The notes below the pieces were generated by a model. It searched no databases, was not told where the DNA came from, and saw nothing but the letters and a program-made list of their open reading frames with translations. A program made the translations under genes and the position numbers. This document shows positions 18,285 to 27,921 of a stretch of DNA of 64,000 nucleotides, piece after piece (the stretch's first letter is position 1; every line of letters starts with the position of its first letter). Source of the DNA: an uncultured Gammaproteobacteria bacterium (GTDB taxonomy: Bacteria > Patescibacteriota > Microgenomatia > UBA10105); contig CAYPMW010000002.1 in assembly GCA_964412165.1 (NCBI GenBank), forward strand, positions 1,324 to 65,323. Reading direction: 5' to 3'.

Positions 18285-20513
18285 ATGTCAATTGATTCAC
18301 GTTTAGGCCGCATTGTCGGTTTTTGTTTTTACATATTATTTTTTGTAACTCCACTTTTATTTAATCCATCTCGTTTCCTTCCGTCATCTGAGGTTTTTGA
18401 AATTAATAAAATGATGTTTGTTTACGTCATAACCGCACTGATTACGGGAGTGTGGATGGCTCGCATGATTGTTTCCAGAAAGCTGATATTTGTTCGCACT
18501 CCCTTTGATATACCAATCCTTTTATATCTAGGGATTCAACTCCTTGCCACTTTATTTTCGATAGATCGTCATGTATCTATATATGGCTATTATTCCCGCT
18601 TTCACGGTGGGCTTTTGTCTACCTTTTGCTATACGCTTTTATATTTTGCGTTTGCGGCAAACAGCGCCTTCATCAACCTGCGTAAGTTATTTCTATTTAT
18701 CCTGTCAGTCGGAGCGGTAGTGGCTCTTTATGGAGTGCTTGAAAAATTCGGAATTGATGAACAAATGTGGGTCCAGGATGTCCGCGCCCGGGTTTTTTCT
18801 TCCTTTGGTCAACCAAATTGGCTGGCGGCATATCTTGTCATTCTTTCCTTCATCGCGTTTGGATTTCTGCTTATAGTCTACCGCAAAGTAGGTTGGGGGA
18901 AAAAACTCATTACTCCATCATTTCTCATGTACAGCGGGATGCTCGCTCTATTTTATATCTGTCTCCTCTTCACCAAATCCAGATCTGGATTTCTAGGTTT
19001 CTGGATTCCATTTTATATAGCGGGAATTGCCCTTTACCTCAAATTAGATCAGTCTCAAAACCTCGTTTACAAGATAGTGATCGTGGCTTTGGGAATACTG
19101 CCGATACTATTTTTGGGGGTGTCTAATTATCTGTATTTCTGGATTTCGGTGCTTATTGAGATAGTTTTTACGATCATTCTCTTGAGAGAATACCAGAAGT
19201 TCTTTTTTTTCGTTTTTTTGACGCTTGCCATCATCACCTTTGTCATTACTACTCCCTTTGACACGATTAATTCAAACATGACACTGGCTCGGTTTATTAC
19301 CCCCACCAATTCTACCCCGCCACCCGAAACTTCTCCGGGAAGTACCGCGCTTGAATTTGGGGGGATCACCGATTCGGCAAATATTCGGCGGATTGTGTGG
19401 AAAGGCGCCGCGACTATCATCAGGAAATACCCGCTTCTGGGGACTGGACCTGAAACGTTTGCCTTCGCCTATTATAAATTCAGGCCAGTCGAGCATAATC
19501 TGACTTCGGAGTGGGATTTTCTGTATAACCGAGCCCATAATGAACTTCTCAATATTGCAGCCACAAGTGGTCTTACTGGTCTTATTGTCTATTTGTTTTA
19601 CCTAATCGCCGTTTTCTTTTACCTTATTAAACAGGCAAAAAAAGCCGTTGACGGGGAACTTTGGTCGATGTATTTAGTATTAGCTTTGGCGTTTCTTAGT
19701 ATCCATATTACCAATTTCTTCGGATTTTCGGTAGTAGTTACCGGCATGTTTTTATATCTTATACCGGCACTGGCAATCACACTACCGCAGACGAAAACCG
19801 CGGCATCGCTTGAACTCAAAAAAAAAGTCACGTTAAAACAGAAAATACTTCTAGTAGGCGTGGGCGTTGGAGTTGTATATGTTATCATTCAAGTCGGGTT
19901 GATGTGGACAGCAGACTCGATGTATGCCCAGGCAGATATTCTCTCCCGGCAGAGTCTTACCAGTGATGCATATACACATATTCAAGCCGCTAATTTTCTC
20001 CGTCCCAGTGAGCCTATTTTTTATAACGAGCGAGCTACCATTGCCAGCACCATCGCGTTTGAAGCCCTCAAACAAAGTGACTCCAGCCGGGCAGCCGCGT
20101 ATGCCACCGACGCCATCGATGCCTCAAGTAAGGCTCTAACTACCAGCCCCCAAAATATTTCTTTCTGGAAAACTAGGACCAAGCTATTATTTAACTTGTC
20201 ACTTTTTGAACCCGCGTTCACAAAATCTGCACTCGATGCAATCTTAGTTGCAAGAGACTTAGCTCCCACCAACCCAGAGCTTGCCTATAATGCTGCAGTG
20301 ATTTACGGCAGACTGGGAAAAAATGAGGAAGCAATTGAGCTTCTTAAGCAAACCATTAATCTAAAACCTGATTATCAGGATGCGTATACGGCGCTTATCT
20401 TATTTTATGAGGAAAAGGGAAATATCGATTTAGTCAAAAAAACGCTTGAAGACGGCCTGAAGATTTTTCCTCGTGACAGCGAACTACTTAAAAAATCGGC
20501 AGAATTACCATGA
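18285..20513 (+). CDS. O-antigen ligase (Wzy_C)-like polymerase/ligase with C-terminal TPR repeats
   Basis: ~12 TM; NELLNIAATSGLTGLIVYLFYL loop resembles the WaaL/Wzy_C signature; C-terminal TPR-like AYNAAVIYGRLGKNEEAIELLKQTINLKPDYQDAY. Confidence 0.65.
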   Translation: MSIDSRLGRIVGFCFYILFFVTPLLFNPSRFLPSSEVFEINKMMFVYVITALITGVWMARMIVSRKLIFVRTPFDIPILLYLGIQLLATLFSIDRHVSIYGYYSRFHGGLLSTFCYTLLYFAFAANSAFINLRKLFLFILSVGAVVALYGVLEKFGIDEQMWVQDVRARVFSSFGQPNWLAAYLVILSFIAFGFLLIVYRKVGWGKKLITPSFLMYSGMLALFYICLLFTKSRSGFLGFWIPFYIAGIALYLKLDQSQNLVYKIVIVALGILPILFLGVSNYLYFWISVLIEIVFTIILLREYQKFFFFVFLTLAIITFVITTPFDTINSNMTLARFITPTNSTPPPETSPGSTALEFGGITDSANIRRIVWKGAATIIRKYPLLGTGPETFAFAYYKFRPVEHNLTSEWDFLYNRAHNELLNIAATSGLTGLIVYLFYLIAVFFYLIKQAKKAVDGELWSMYLVLALAFLSIHITNFFGFSVVVTGMFLYLIPALAITLPQTKTAASLELKKKVTLKQKILLVGVGVGVVYVIIQVGLMWTADSMYAQADILSRQSLTSDAYTHIQAANFLRPSEPIFYNERATIASTIAFEALKQSDSSRAAAYATDAIDASSKALTTSPQNISFWKTRTKLLFNLSLFEPAFTKSALDAILVARDLAPTNPELAYNAAVIYGRLGKNEEAIELLKQTINLKPDYQDAYTALILFYEEKGNIDLVKKTLEDGLKIFPRDSELLKKSAELP

Positions 20514-21052
20514 AACAACTTGTTCACACGCCTCATGCTATACTTGGCAAACCCGCGACGCCGGTTAAAATAATTGATTCTTTTATAAAGAAAATAATTT
20601 CTGAAATGAAAGATACGCTCTCAAAAGCAGATAATCCCAAGGGCGTCGGGCTCGCAGCACCTCAAATCGGCGAGTCCATTCAGATTTTTGTGATGAAACC
20701 TCACGATAAAGATCCAATCACTGTACATATCAATCCCATCTACATTTTAAAAAGCAAAGCGATGGTAACCGGTATTCCCGGCAGTGAAAATCGACTCGAA
20801 GGTTGTTTGTCGATACCTAAAATATGGGGCATCGTCAAAAGGCATAAATCAGTTGAAATCCAATATATGAATGAGGAGGAAAACAAGGTGCAAAAGGTAT
20901 TTTCAGGATTTCCTGCAATTATCGTTCAACATGAAATTGACCACTTGGGTGGTATTCTTTTTCCCAAACGGGTACTTGAACAAAATGGAAAATTATTTGA
21001 GTCGACGTATGATGACAGCGGAAAAGAAGTGCTCGAACCTATGAAATTATAA
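20510..21052 (+). CDS. def: peptide deformylase
   Basis: GVGLAAPQIG, EGCLSIP and QHEIDHLGG motifs; overlaps the upstream stop (operon). Confidence 0.9.
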   Translation: MKQLVHTPHAILGKPATPVKIIDSFIKKIISEMKDTLSKADNPKGVGLAAPQIGESIQIFVMKPHDKDPITVHINPIYILKSKAMVTGIPGSENRLEGCLSIPKIWGIVKRHKSVEIQYMNEEENKVQKVFSGFPAIIVQHEIDHLGGILFPKRVLEQNGKLFESTYDDSGKEVLEPMKL

Positions 21053-21055
21053 TAA

Positions 21056-21973
21056 ATGAAACCGCGAATCGTCTTTTTCGGTACATCAGTGTACTCGCTC
21101 ATCGTTTTAGAGAAGTTATATGAGGAGAGCTATCCGATAGTCGGCATTGTCACCAAACCGGACCGGCCAGTAGGCCGAAAACACACACCCATACCCACAT
21201 CAGTCAAACTTTGGGCAGACTCACACCGTGTTCCCGCACACACACCCCAACCACGTTCCGATAAACCATGGCAATTTACCAATGAAAGACAAGTCACTCA
21301 GGAAGTACTTAAATTTAATCCGGAACTTTTACTAAGCGCGGATTTTACGCTTAAAATCCCCGCGGAGCTGGTGAACAAAGTTACATATCACGGGTTAAAC
21401 ATCCATCCGTCGCTTCTCCCCTCGTACCGCGGGCCAGCACCAGTACCATGGTCAATAATACATGGTGAAACTAAGACAGGGGTAACTATTGTAACAATCA
21501 GTCAGCATTTTGATTCTGGCAGGATAGTTGCTCAACAAGAAGAGGTCATTTTACCCACTGATACCACGCACTCGCTTCTCACCCGCCTTTTTACCAAAGG
21601 GGTAAAGTTATTAGTAGAAATATTACCAGAATTTCTTAAGAAACCCGCTTCTTACCAACTACCACCTACTACCTACAACCTACAACCTTCTTATTATCCT
21701 CGTCTGACGCGTAATGATGGTTTTGAAAAGTGGGAAAAGATAATTAAGGCTATCAAAAAAGGCACTGATGCTGCTCGTATTGAACGTAAATTCCGCGCCT
21801 TCCACCCCTGGCCTGGTCTTTGGACAAGTATTATACATAAAGGTAAATCTCTCAGATTAAAACTTTTAGATATAAAACTGGAGGGTAATGAATTAAAAAT
21901 TTCAAAATGGCAATTTGAAGGCAGAAAATCAGTGACCGGATCGCTTGAACAACTTCTAAATAGTCTTGTTTAA
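21056..21973 (+). CDS. fmt: methionyl-tRNA formyltransferase
   Basis: IVFFGT N-terminus and HGLNIHPSLLPSYRGPAPV (formyltransferase SLLP motif); the def-fmt pair. Confidence 0.9.
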   Translation: MKPRIVFFGTSVYSLIVLEKLYEESYPIVGIVTKPDRPVGRKHTPIPTSVKLWADSHRVPAHTPQPRSDKPWQFTNERQVTQEVLKFNPELLLSADFTLKIPAELVNKVTYHGLNIHPSLLPSYRGPAPVPWSIIHGETKTGVTIVTISQHFDSGRIVAQQEEVILPTDTTHSLLTRLFTKGVKLLVEILPEFLKKPASYQLPPTTYNLQPSYYPRLTRNDGFEKWEKIIKAIKKGTDAARIERKFRAFHPWPGLWTSIIHKGKSLRLKLLDIKLEGNELKISKWQFEGRKSVTGSLEQLLNSLV

Positions 21974-22237
21974 CCTCCTATCGATCTGTGTACTAAAGGC
22001 TAGAATATTACCAGGAAGACTACCTTTTTTATGAAGAAGTGAAATACAATCGGTACACAGTTTTACCCGTTCAATTGTAGCGTCACGAAAAACCCGAACG
22101 CTGTGGAGATTTGCCCGAAATACTTTACGTGATTTCTGGGCTTTATGTTTCCACGCACCACCAGCCACACCTTTGTGGTGTTGGCTTCTTCGACTGACTC
22201 GGTTTCTCTTGAGGCAATTAAAACATACGTAAGCCAT
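21956..22237 (-). CDS. rpmB: 50S ribosomal protein L28
   Basis: MAYVCFNCLKRN...ANLHSVRVF...VKLCTDCISLLHKKG follows the bL28 pattern (C..TGK ... PNLH ... C..C). Confidence 0.75.
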   Translation of the reverse strand: MAYVCFNCLKRNRVSRRSQHHKGVAGGAWKHKAQKSRKVFRANLHSVRVFRDATIERVKLCTDCISLLHKKGSLPGNILAFSTQIDRRLNKTI

Positions 22238-22288
22238 ACGCTACACAAAATTTGATTATAACAGAACTAGTGGGATGAAACAATACAA

Positions 22289-22609
22289 ATGAGGAGTCCT
22301 GTTTACACTATTGACAAGCGTTTCAAAACATTCTACGCTCATTGTATGGCAACACGCAGAAGAAATTATGCCCAATATTCGCCAATCGACCCTTCAATAC
22401 ATTTTATCTTATTTTTGGGTTTAGCACTGGTACTTGTAGTACTTGTTGCATCTCTCCTTATCGATACCAGCAAGAAAACTAGAGCTTACTTATTTTGTCC
22501 CAAACAAGATGCGATCCCGCAGCAGATTGCGCAAGACTGCCGCTATGGGATTGAATTGGTCGAAGAAAATGGCTGCCAGTTTTGGAAATGTAAATTGCTT
22601 ACCCCCTAA
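22289..22609 (+). CDS. small membrane protein with four C-terminal Cys
   Basis: One TM (FILFLGLALVLVVLVASLLI); C-terminal CPKQ...CRYG...CQFWKC. Confidence 0.3.
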   Translation: MRSPVYTIDKRFKTFYAHCMATRRRNYAQYSPIDPSIHFILFLGLALVLVVLVASLLIDTSKKTRAYLFCPKQDAIPQQIAQDCRYGIELVEENGCQFWKCKLLTP

Positions 22610-22650
22610 CTCACCTTATCTTTTTTTTATAAATCTGTCTAGCTTGTAGT

Positions 22651-23328
22651 TTGGCTACTATTTGGGTATACTTTAATTTGATAATTGTGGAAATTCCTGC
22701 ATTAATAATTCAATTTATTGTACTCATCATCGCCATAACTGTACATGAATTTGCGCATGCATTTACGGCAGATAGATTCGGAGATCCAACCCCCCGGCTT
22801 GATGGTCGCTTGACACTCAACCCTCTTTCTCACCTCGATCCGCTGGGGACAATCATGATTTTTTTGGTTGGATTCGGTTGGGGAAAACCAGTGCAATTTG
22901 ATCCGTACAATCTTGAACGCCCGCGAAGGGATGCGGCTATCATCTCTCTGGCTGGTCCCGCATCAAATTTTGTGATAGCGATTTTTATAGCAGTAATAAT
23001 GCGCATTTTAACTCTTTCCGGAATTGAAATGTTAGCACCTGGGACCAATCTAATTTCGCAGTTTTTTTCAGGTTTACTCGAATCGCTCGTGTTTTTTAAT
23101 ATAGTACTCGGTGTATTTAATCTCATACCAGTACATCCTCTTGACGGATTTAAAATCGTTGAAGGTATCCTACCGAGTGAGCAGGCGCGAGAGTGGCAAT
23201 CGCTCGAGCGCTACGGATTTATTATCTTACTCATTCTCGTATTTCCAATTTTTTCTAATCCTGCGCCGATAAGCCGGATTATTAGCCCTGTAATCAGAAC
23301 GTTTTATAAATTACTATTACCAGTCTAG
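22651..23328 (+). CDS. site-2 protease family (M50B) zinc metalloprotease
   Basis: HEFAHAF (HExxH) in TM1 and FNLIPVHPLDG (LDG motif). Confidence 0.8.
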   Translation: MATIWVYFNLIIVEIPALIIQFIVLIIAITVHEFAHAFTADRFGDPTPRLDGRLTLNPLSHLDPLGTIMIFLVGFGWGKPVQFDPYNLERPRRDAAIISLAGPASNFVIAIFIAVIMRILTLSGIEMLAPGTNLISQFFSGLLESLVFFNIVLGVFNLIPVHPLDGFKIVEGILPSEQAREWQSLERYGFIILLILVFPIFSNPAPISRIISPVIRTFYKLLLPV

Positions 23329-23811
23329 AAAATTCAGGCATGCTTTCACATATTTTTTCGCAAAAAAATTTTCATTCGGCACTGAATGTAGGTTAAGAGA
23401 AAAACTCTCTCTAAATGTTAAATTCTGGAGCCTTGGAAATACACCTCTCCTCTATTGACTTTCGAGGCTAATTTTCATACACTTAAGAGTGCCCAACTGG
23501 ATAGAGGAAAGTTGAAAACCTATTTTCCTCCACAGAATCAATTTCGATGGGGTAGTCCGAGCAATCGGGCAACGAGGCGAATCTCCCGCCTTCATCTGAA
23601 ATTTCAATGTATGGCGGGATGAGCCTTCCTATTTTGCTCTATCGGGGAAAACGTTTTTAACTTTCACCGTTCGGTTGGGTCTTCCATTACCTAAAATTCC
23701 TCAAAGTCGTGGTATAATTTCCTCCGTATATAATCACAATTTACCAAAAACAGGTTCTTCGTGGATCTGATAAAATCAGATTAGATGTGCGGGATCTTAT
23801 AAAATCGGCAT

Positions 23812-23884
23812 GCCGAGATAGCTCAGTGGTAGAGCAACTGTTTTGTAAACAGTAGGTCCGGGGTTCGACCCCCCGTCTCGGCTC
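23812..23884 (+). tRNA. tRNA-Thr (anticodon UGU)
   Basis: Manual cloverleaf: acceptor GCCGAGA/TCTCGGC, D-arm GCTC-AGTGGTA-GAGC, anticodon stem ACTGT/ACAGT with loop TTTGTAA, T-arm CGGGG-TTCGACC-CCCCG. Confidence 0.85.
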
Positions 23885-23960
23885 CTCAGGCGGTAAGCTC
23901 GATTTGTACTGGGATAAACAGCAGATCCATGATTTAATCCAGTCATACTGATACATTACA

Positions 23961-24329
23961 TTGCTTAAAAAGCAAATACCACTCATGATGGAACGCGAAG
24001 GCAGAAACGAGTGGCAGATTAGAAGGTTAGCACTGTTATCGCAGGATTTTATCCGTACCGCTTGGGATGATTTAGTACCGATCCATTTAAGTCCCAAGAC
24101 TTTTGCATCACGCTCGATTGAGGAATATGAAGTCAAAAAAGATGAAACACAACATTTGCTCGGCATCCGTCATTTACCTTGCGATACATACACTTTACTT
24201 GATCCTTCCCAACAGGAGTTTTTTGGACTCCATACGTGGCCGCCTTCAGATGAAAGCTTACAGGCGCTTTTAAACAGGCATGACGGCTTATGTCAAGACC
24301 TTGAACGCTTCTTTCAAGCCGATACTTAA
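23961..24329 (+). CDS. hypothetical protein (GC-richer patch next to tRNA-Thr)
   Basis: 122-aa ORF, no motif recognised. Confidence 0.4.
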   Translation: MLKKQIPLMMEREGRNEWQIRRLALLSQDFIRTAWDDLVPIHLSPKTFASRSIEEYEVKKDETQHLLGIRHLPCDTYTLLDPSQQEFFGLHTWPPSDESLQALLNRHDGLCQDLERFFQADT

Positions 24330-24408
24330 AATCTCTTGTTTAACCATCCGAATTTGCCTTTACGTGTCTGCTGTATTATAATTTTGGTTATTATAACGAC
24401 CTAATCAT

Positions 24409-24885
24409 ATGGCACAAACACCTGAAGCCGAACGCAGATCCCAAGCACTAGCCCTAATTTATGAAAGGGCTCAACAGCGTTTTGCCGAATCGCGAGATAG
24501 AGAGACACTCCATGCAGTGCTTGATGAAGCCCAGGAAGCATACATAGAAGCTAGACTTCTGACCCGCCTGACGCTTGTTGAAGTCCATCAAGGTGACAGG
24601 TTGACGTTGCTGACACCTTTCCTAAGGTTTTACGGTAAGGAATTCCAAGGATTACGAGAGCTCAATCCGTACCATTCATCTTCCGAGTGGACAGTGACAT
24701 ATATAACTTTTGGCCAAAATGCCGGTGCCACCCTCGAAAGCAGACCTAAGGATAAAGTCGCGGAACGCTTGAAGTTGGGGGCCGATCCTGAGGCTATTTC
24801 CTCCTATTTTACTAACGACCGCGGACTTCTCGAACTTGCGGGTTTCCGGCAGCGGCTCACTGTTGAATTACTATTACCCGGATAA
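24409..24885 (+). CDS. hypothetical protein (GC-richer patch next to tRNA-Thr)
   Basis: 158-aa ORF, ~48% GC versus ~38% in the flanks. Confidence 0.45.
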   Translation: MAQTPEAERRSQALALIYERAQQRFAESRDRETLHAVLDEAQEAYIEARLLTRLTLVEVHQGDRLTLLTPFLRFYGKEFQGLRELNPYHSSSEWTVTYITFGQNAGATLESRPKDKVAERLKLGADPEAISSYFTNDRGLLELAGFRQRLTVELLLPG

Positions 24886-24936
24886 AACATGATTTATCTG
24901 GATTATAGTGCTATCGCAGTTGATTCATTTAAGACA

Positions 24937-25614
24937 ATGCGCATACTCCTCATCGAAGACGAACAGAAGCTAGCTCTGTCTCTTAAAAAAGCTTTGGAAA
25001 GCGAACGGTTTGCAGTCGATACGTGTTTCGATGGCCAAGAAGGGTATGTTCAGGCGGTAGTGGAATCGTATGACGCAATTATCCTTGATCTCACCCTCCC
25101 CTCCCTTGACGGACTTACTATCGCCCAGAAACTGCGCGAGGAAGGTTGTCACACTCCAATACTTATGCTCACAGCACGCGATAACGTCGCCTATAAGATT
25201 GAGGGACTCACGAAAGGCGCTGATGATTACGTCGTTAAGCCTTTTCACTTTGAGGAGTTAGTCGCTCGACTTCACTCTCTCATTCGCCGAAGTTCGCCTA
25301 ACCAAGCCACAGTGCTAGAGGTTGGAACATTGAAACTTGATCCTTTCGCAAAAGAAGTTACACGCTCTGGTAAAAAGATCGCCCTTAGCGCCAAAGAATA
25401 TACCCTCCTTGAATTTCTGATTAGGCACGTAAACCACGTCGTTACTAAAACCCAAATCATTGAACATGTCTGGGACAGCGAACTTGACCCCTTTTCAAAT
25501 GTAGTCGATGTTTATATCGGGTATGTAAGATCAAAAATTGATAAAGCATTTCCAAAGGAAAAGCAACTACTTAAAACACTCAAGGGCTTAGGCTATAAAC
25601 TTTCATATGAATGA
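24937..25614 (+). CDS. OmpR-family two-component response regulator
   Basis: Receiver domain MRILLIEDE...ILDLTLP...LMLTARD plus winged-helix C-terminus; start set at the Met of MRILLIEDE. Confidence 0.9.
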   Translation: MRILLIEDEQKLALSLKKALESERFAVDTCFDGQEGYVQAVVESYDAIILDLTLPSLDGLTIAQKLREEGCHTPILMLTARDNVAYKIEGLTKGADDYVVKPFHFEELVARLHSLIRRSSPNQATVLEVGTLKLDPFAKEVTRSGKKIALSAKEYTLLEFLIRHVNHVVTKTQIIEHVWDSELDPFSNVVDVYIGYVRSKIDKAFPKEKQLLKTLKGLGYKLSYE

Positions 25615-26608
25615 ATTTCAAAAAGCTAGGCTAAAACTGACATTGTGGTATCTAGTGATTATCGCAGTCCTTCTTGCGATTTCATCACTCGCCGCAATAG
25701 ATGCTGAAAAAAGGGCATTTGCGAGAATCGAACAGGCTTTGTCTGATCGTATCCAGCGACCCAAACTCACCGCACTACTTGAACAGCGCCTAGGAGAATT
25801 TGAAGGCAGGTTTATCAAAAGACTGATTGCTCTTGACCTGGTTCTCTTTGCGATTGGGGCTCTCGGGAGCTACTTTTTAAGTGGCAAGACCCTCAAGCCG
25901 ATCCAGAATATGCTTGTCGAACAGGAAGAATTTGCGGGTGATGCCTCGCATGAGCTGAGAACTCCACTCACCACCATCAATATGGAAATTGAGGCTCTGA
26001 AACGAACGAAAAAAGTTCCTCAACCGTATCTTGAAGCATTTCAAAACGTCCAGGACGAAGTCAAACGCATGACCGCTATAGTCGAAGGGCTTTTGACTTT
26101 TGTTCGCGGTAAGATGATTAAATCTCTTGAACTAACGCACCTGGAACTGACGTCGCTAGTCAACCAAACACTTAAAGAAATGCGTCGAATAGCACTCGCA
26201 AAGCAAATCACGCTGGATCAATCGTACGCGGAGAAAGTTTTTGTCAGAGGTGATACCGACAGACTCAAACAGGCACTTATTATCTTAATTGAAAATGCTA
26301 TTAACTACTCACCTCCGGTAACTACAGTACTTATCCAACTAAGCTCCGATATAAATCGCGTGTACATCCGTGTCCAAGACGAAGGCTATGGCATCACAAA
26401 GAAAGATTTACCCCACATCTTCGACCGGTTTTACCGCGGAAGATATCAGGGAACTACCAAAGGAGCAGGTTTAGGTCTTTCTATCGCTAGGCAAATAATT
26501 GAGTCGCATGGAGGTCAAATTCAGGTGGTAAGTGAAGTTGGGAAGGGATCAGTTTTTACCGTCTTTCTTCCTCGTCATGCGGAAACTTCAGGAATCTCGC
26601 GTAAATAG
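25607..26608 (+). CDS. sensor histidine kinase
   Basis: TM sensor region, H-box DASHELRTPLTTI, N-box NAINYS, G-box GLGLSIARQIIESHGG; overlaps the response regulator stop. Confidence 0.9.
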   Translation: MNEFQKARLKLTLWYLVIIAVLLAISSLAAIDAEKRAFARIEQALSDRIQRPKLTALLEQRLGEFEGRFIKRLIALDLVLFAIGALGSYFLSGKTLKPIQNMLVEQEEFAGDASHELRTPLTTINMEIEALKRTKKVPQPYLEAFQNVQDEVKRMTAIVEGLLTFVRGKMIKSLELTHLELTSLVNQTLKEMRRIALAKQITLDQSYAEKVFVRGDTDRLKQALIILIENAINYSPPVTTVLIQLSSDINRVYIRVQDEGYGITKKDLPHIFDRFYRGRYQGTTKGAGLGLSIARQIIESHGGQIQVVSEVGKGSVFTVFLPRHAETSGISRK

Positions 26609-26713
26609 CTATTCAGTAAATTATTATACGCTTAAACAGCCCTCGATCGTTTCTTAGGTTATTCTTAACTTGTCCGTGTATACTTTCCGCATTACCCAAA
26701 GGAGGTGATATTC

Positions 26714-27247
26714 ATGAAACGACTCGTTTTTCTCACAACTCTCTCGGTACTTGCAACTGTCTCACTGACCATAACGCAGCCAGTCTACGCGCAGACACTT
26801 CGTCCGGTACGAGAACGCAAATGTGACGTGGTGCAAAAGAAACTTGAACAGCGTGTTGCCACATACCGTGAACACAGGGACGATCATATCGAAAAGTATG
26901 AAACAGTCAAGGATCGGATAAAAAATATCATTAGCAAATTCAACGACAAAGGATACGATACATCCGAACTTGAAGCGGATCTGGTAGTTCTTGACGGAAA
27001 AATTAAAAAATTCCAAAGTGATGCGGATGCATTTTTTATAAAACTCGAAGGCGCCAATGACTATGTGTGCGGCGATTCAGAAGGAAAATTCCGAAGTGGC
27101 ATTCGTGAAGCTAGAGATTTGCTCAAAGTAGTTCGTGAAGATGCACAGGATATCAAGTCGTATTATCAGACAACTATAAAGGAAGATTTGGAAAACTTAA
27201 GAAATCAACCAAAACCGACTTCTAGCCCGTTGACTGTGACCGAGTAG
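26714..27247 (+). CDS. secreted hypothetical protein
   Basis: Signal peptide MKRLVFLTTLSVLATVSLTITQPVYA; SD GGAGGTGA 5 nt upstream of the ATG at 26714. Confidence 0.5.
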   Translation: MKRLVFLTTLSVLATVSLTITQPVYAQTLRPVRERKCDVVQKKLEQRVATYREHRDDHIEKYETVKDRIKNIISKFNDKGYDTSELEADLVVLDGKIKKFQSDADAFFIKLEGANDYVCGDSEGKFRSGIREARDLLKVVREDAQDIKSYYQTTIKEDLENLRNQPKPTSSPLTVTE

Positions 27248-27256
27248 CAAAGATTT

Positions 27257-27295
27257 CCTGGCCAGCAAGCGGAATTTTACCCTTGACTGGCCAGG
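27257..27295 (+). terminator. hairpin CCTGGCCAG-N21-CTGGCCAGG after the secreted-protein gene (weak terminator candidate)
   Basis: 9-bp perfect inverted repeat; the loop is long and the trailing T-tract is poor. Confidence 0.25.
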
Positions 27296-27310
27296 ATAAT
27301 CATTTACAAT
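27283..27310 (+). promoter_or_regulatory. sigma70-like promoter TTGACT-N16/17-TACAAT for the 27318 gene
   Basis: Near-consensus hexamers, then the ATG at 27318 (very short leader). Confidence 0.4.
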
Positions 27311-27317
27311 ATATCAT

Positions 27318-27608
27318 ATGTCGAAAAAACCATTTACCATAACAACAGGAATTGTAATCACTCTTCTTATATTTGCCTCAATTCTTTGGGTAATTATCAA
27401 TCAGCGTGGAAAATCTGATTTCAATGAATTGAATGAACTAAGAAGCGACGAATCATTTAACAGTCAGGGGTTGGAAGGACTTGAGGAAGAGATTTCTGGC
27501 TCTGAGAATCTGGACTCAGAGTTGGAAAAAGAACTTAAAGAACTTGAGGGCGAGATTGACTCTTTGGATAATAATGCCTTTGCGGACGAACCTTTATCTG
27601 ATTTATAA
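27318..27608 (+). CDS. small membrane-anchored acidic protein
   Basis: TM GIVITLLIFASILWVII, then an E/L-rich acidic coiled-coil-like tail. Confidence 0.4.
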   Translation: MSKKPFTITTGIVITLLIFASILWVIINQRGKSDFNELNELRSDESFNSQGLEGLEEEISGSENLDSELEKELKELEGEIDSLDNNAFADEPLSDL

Positions 27609-27613
27609 CTGCC

Positions 27614-27907
27614 ATGTATACCAATAAACTGACAGCGAAACGCTCATTCAGAAATACACTACTTGTATTTTTAGTAGGAGTCACAATAGCAGTGAGTGCA
27701 TTCCTAATCACGTTTCTCACAACCAATAAAGCCCAGGAGAAAAGCGAGTATACCAATCTGAATATCCCTTTACCCACGATACCACTACGCTCATCGGTTG
27801 AACCAATCTCTCCGAAAGTACATGAGTTTCAAATTCCCTCTCCAGTACTCACGGCTTCTCCAGAAGCAACAGAGGATTCTGAACCTGTGATCAATCCTAA
27901 CGAATGA
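27614..27907 (+). CDS. small membrane-anchored protein
   Basis: TM LLVFLVGVTIAVSAFLITFL, then a Pro/Ser-rich tail. Confidence 0.4.
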   Translation: MYTNKLTAKRSFRNTLLVFLVGVTIAVSAFLITFLTTNKAQEKSEYTNLNIPLPTIPLRSSVEPISPKVHEFQIPSPVLTASPEATEDSEPVINPNE

Positions 27908-27921
27908 AACTCTACTAATGT

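Noticed and set aside
23340-23811. RNase P RNA / tmRNA / SRP RNA in the long tRNA-Thr upstream gap
   Set aside because: Neither strand contains the conserved P4 (AGGAAAGUCCGGGCUC), tmRNA 3' tRNA-like end or SRP domain IV (GGAAGGAAGCAGC) sequences. Only generic hairpins were seen, so it is reported as an unexplained gap rather than a named ncRNA.
23741-24166. 141-aa minus-strand ORF
   Set aside because: It runs straight through tRNA-Thr (23812-23884) on the opposite strand; spurious.
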